A stretch of 64,000 bases of DNA from Oopsacas minuta (lineage: Eukaryota > Animalia > Porifera): NCBI GenBank assembly GCA_024704765.1, contig JAKMXF010000333.1, positions 124,001 through 188,000 of the forward strand. The letters run 5' to 3'. Below: more notes on the stretch, generated by a model. The model saw only the letters and a list, made by a program, of their open reading frames with translations, did no database searches and was not told the origin of the DNA. The DNA is not shown here. Position 1 is the first letter of the stretch.

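Noticed and set aside
1612-63642. About 90 short minus-strand ORFs in the track
   Set aside because: They are shadows of the giant ORF. Most lie in the one antisense frame where a stop needs a sense Tyr, His or Gln codon after T/C (infrequent here) and ATG arises from common C+ATN (Ile/Met). Their products mirror the repeat and resemble no known protein.
1961-63782. Cadherin, Calx-beta or fibronectin-III identity for the module
   Set aside because: I saw no cadherin LDRE, DxNDN or AxDxG motifs and no FN3 Trp/Tyr pattern. The module is also longer than cadherin repeats. A profile search is needed to close this fully.

Overview
Almost the whole window is one uninterrupted + strand reading frame, which the supplied ORF track misses because it has no stop codon before the window ends. 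It runs from ATG 1586 to 64000, at least 20,805 codons (roughly 2.2 MDa, C-terminus outside the window). The protein is a chain of about 167 diverged copies of one ~125-aa module (consensus D-x-T-x-P-x-L-x-x-F-x-L-D-L-N-x-G-x-L-x-L-x-F-[DS]-E-P-V ... L-T-G-G ... D-L-N-x-I-K ... L-A-T ... N-T-F ... I-x-D-x-x-G-N). The module resembles bacterial Ig-like (SbsA_Ig/Big_5-type) beta-sandwiches; that fold assignment is inference. The modules form nested higher-order repeats. From 1961 to 26497 there are 13 copies of a 5-domain super-repeat (~1887 bp). From 24611 onward there is a 23-domain super-repeat (~8.57 kb) made of alternating 12- and 11-domain halves, each keeping the 5-domain core. The protein is S/T/D/L/I-rich, dense in N-x-S/T sequons, and has periodic C-x5-C pairs, so it looks like a secreted or surface filament glycoprotein. 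No enzyme domain or membrane anchor was seen. The first ~1.5 kb is AT-rich non-coding DNA with an inverted repeat, a 141-bp tandem array and a 15-bp tandem repeat, which looks eukaryotic (inference). The many short antisense ORFs in the track are shadows of the giant frame. All mapping was done by eye, with no alignments or database searches.
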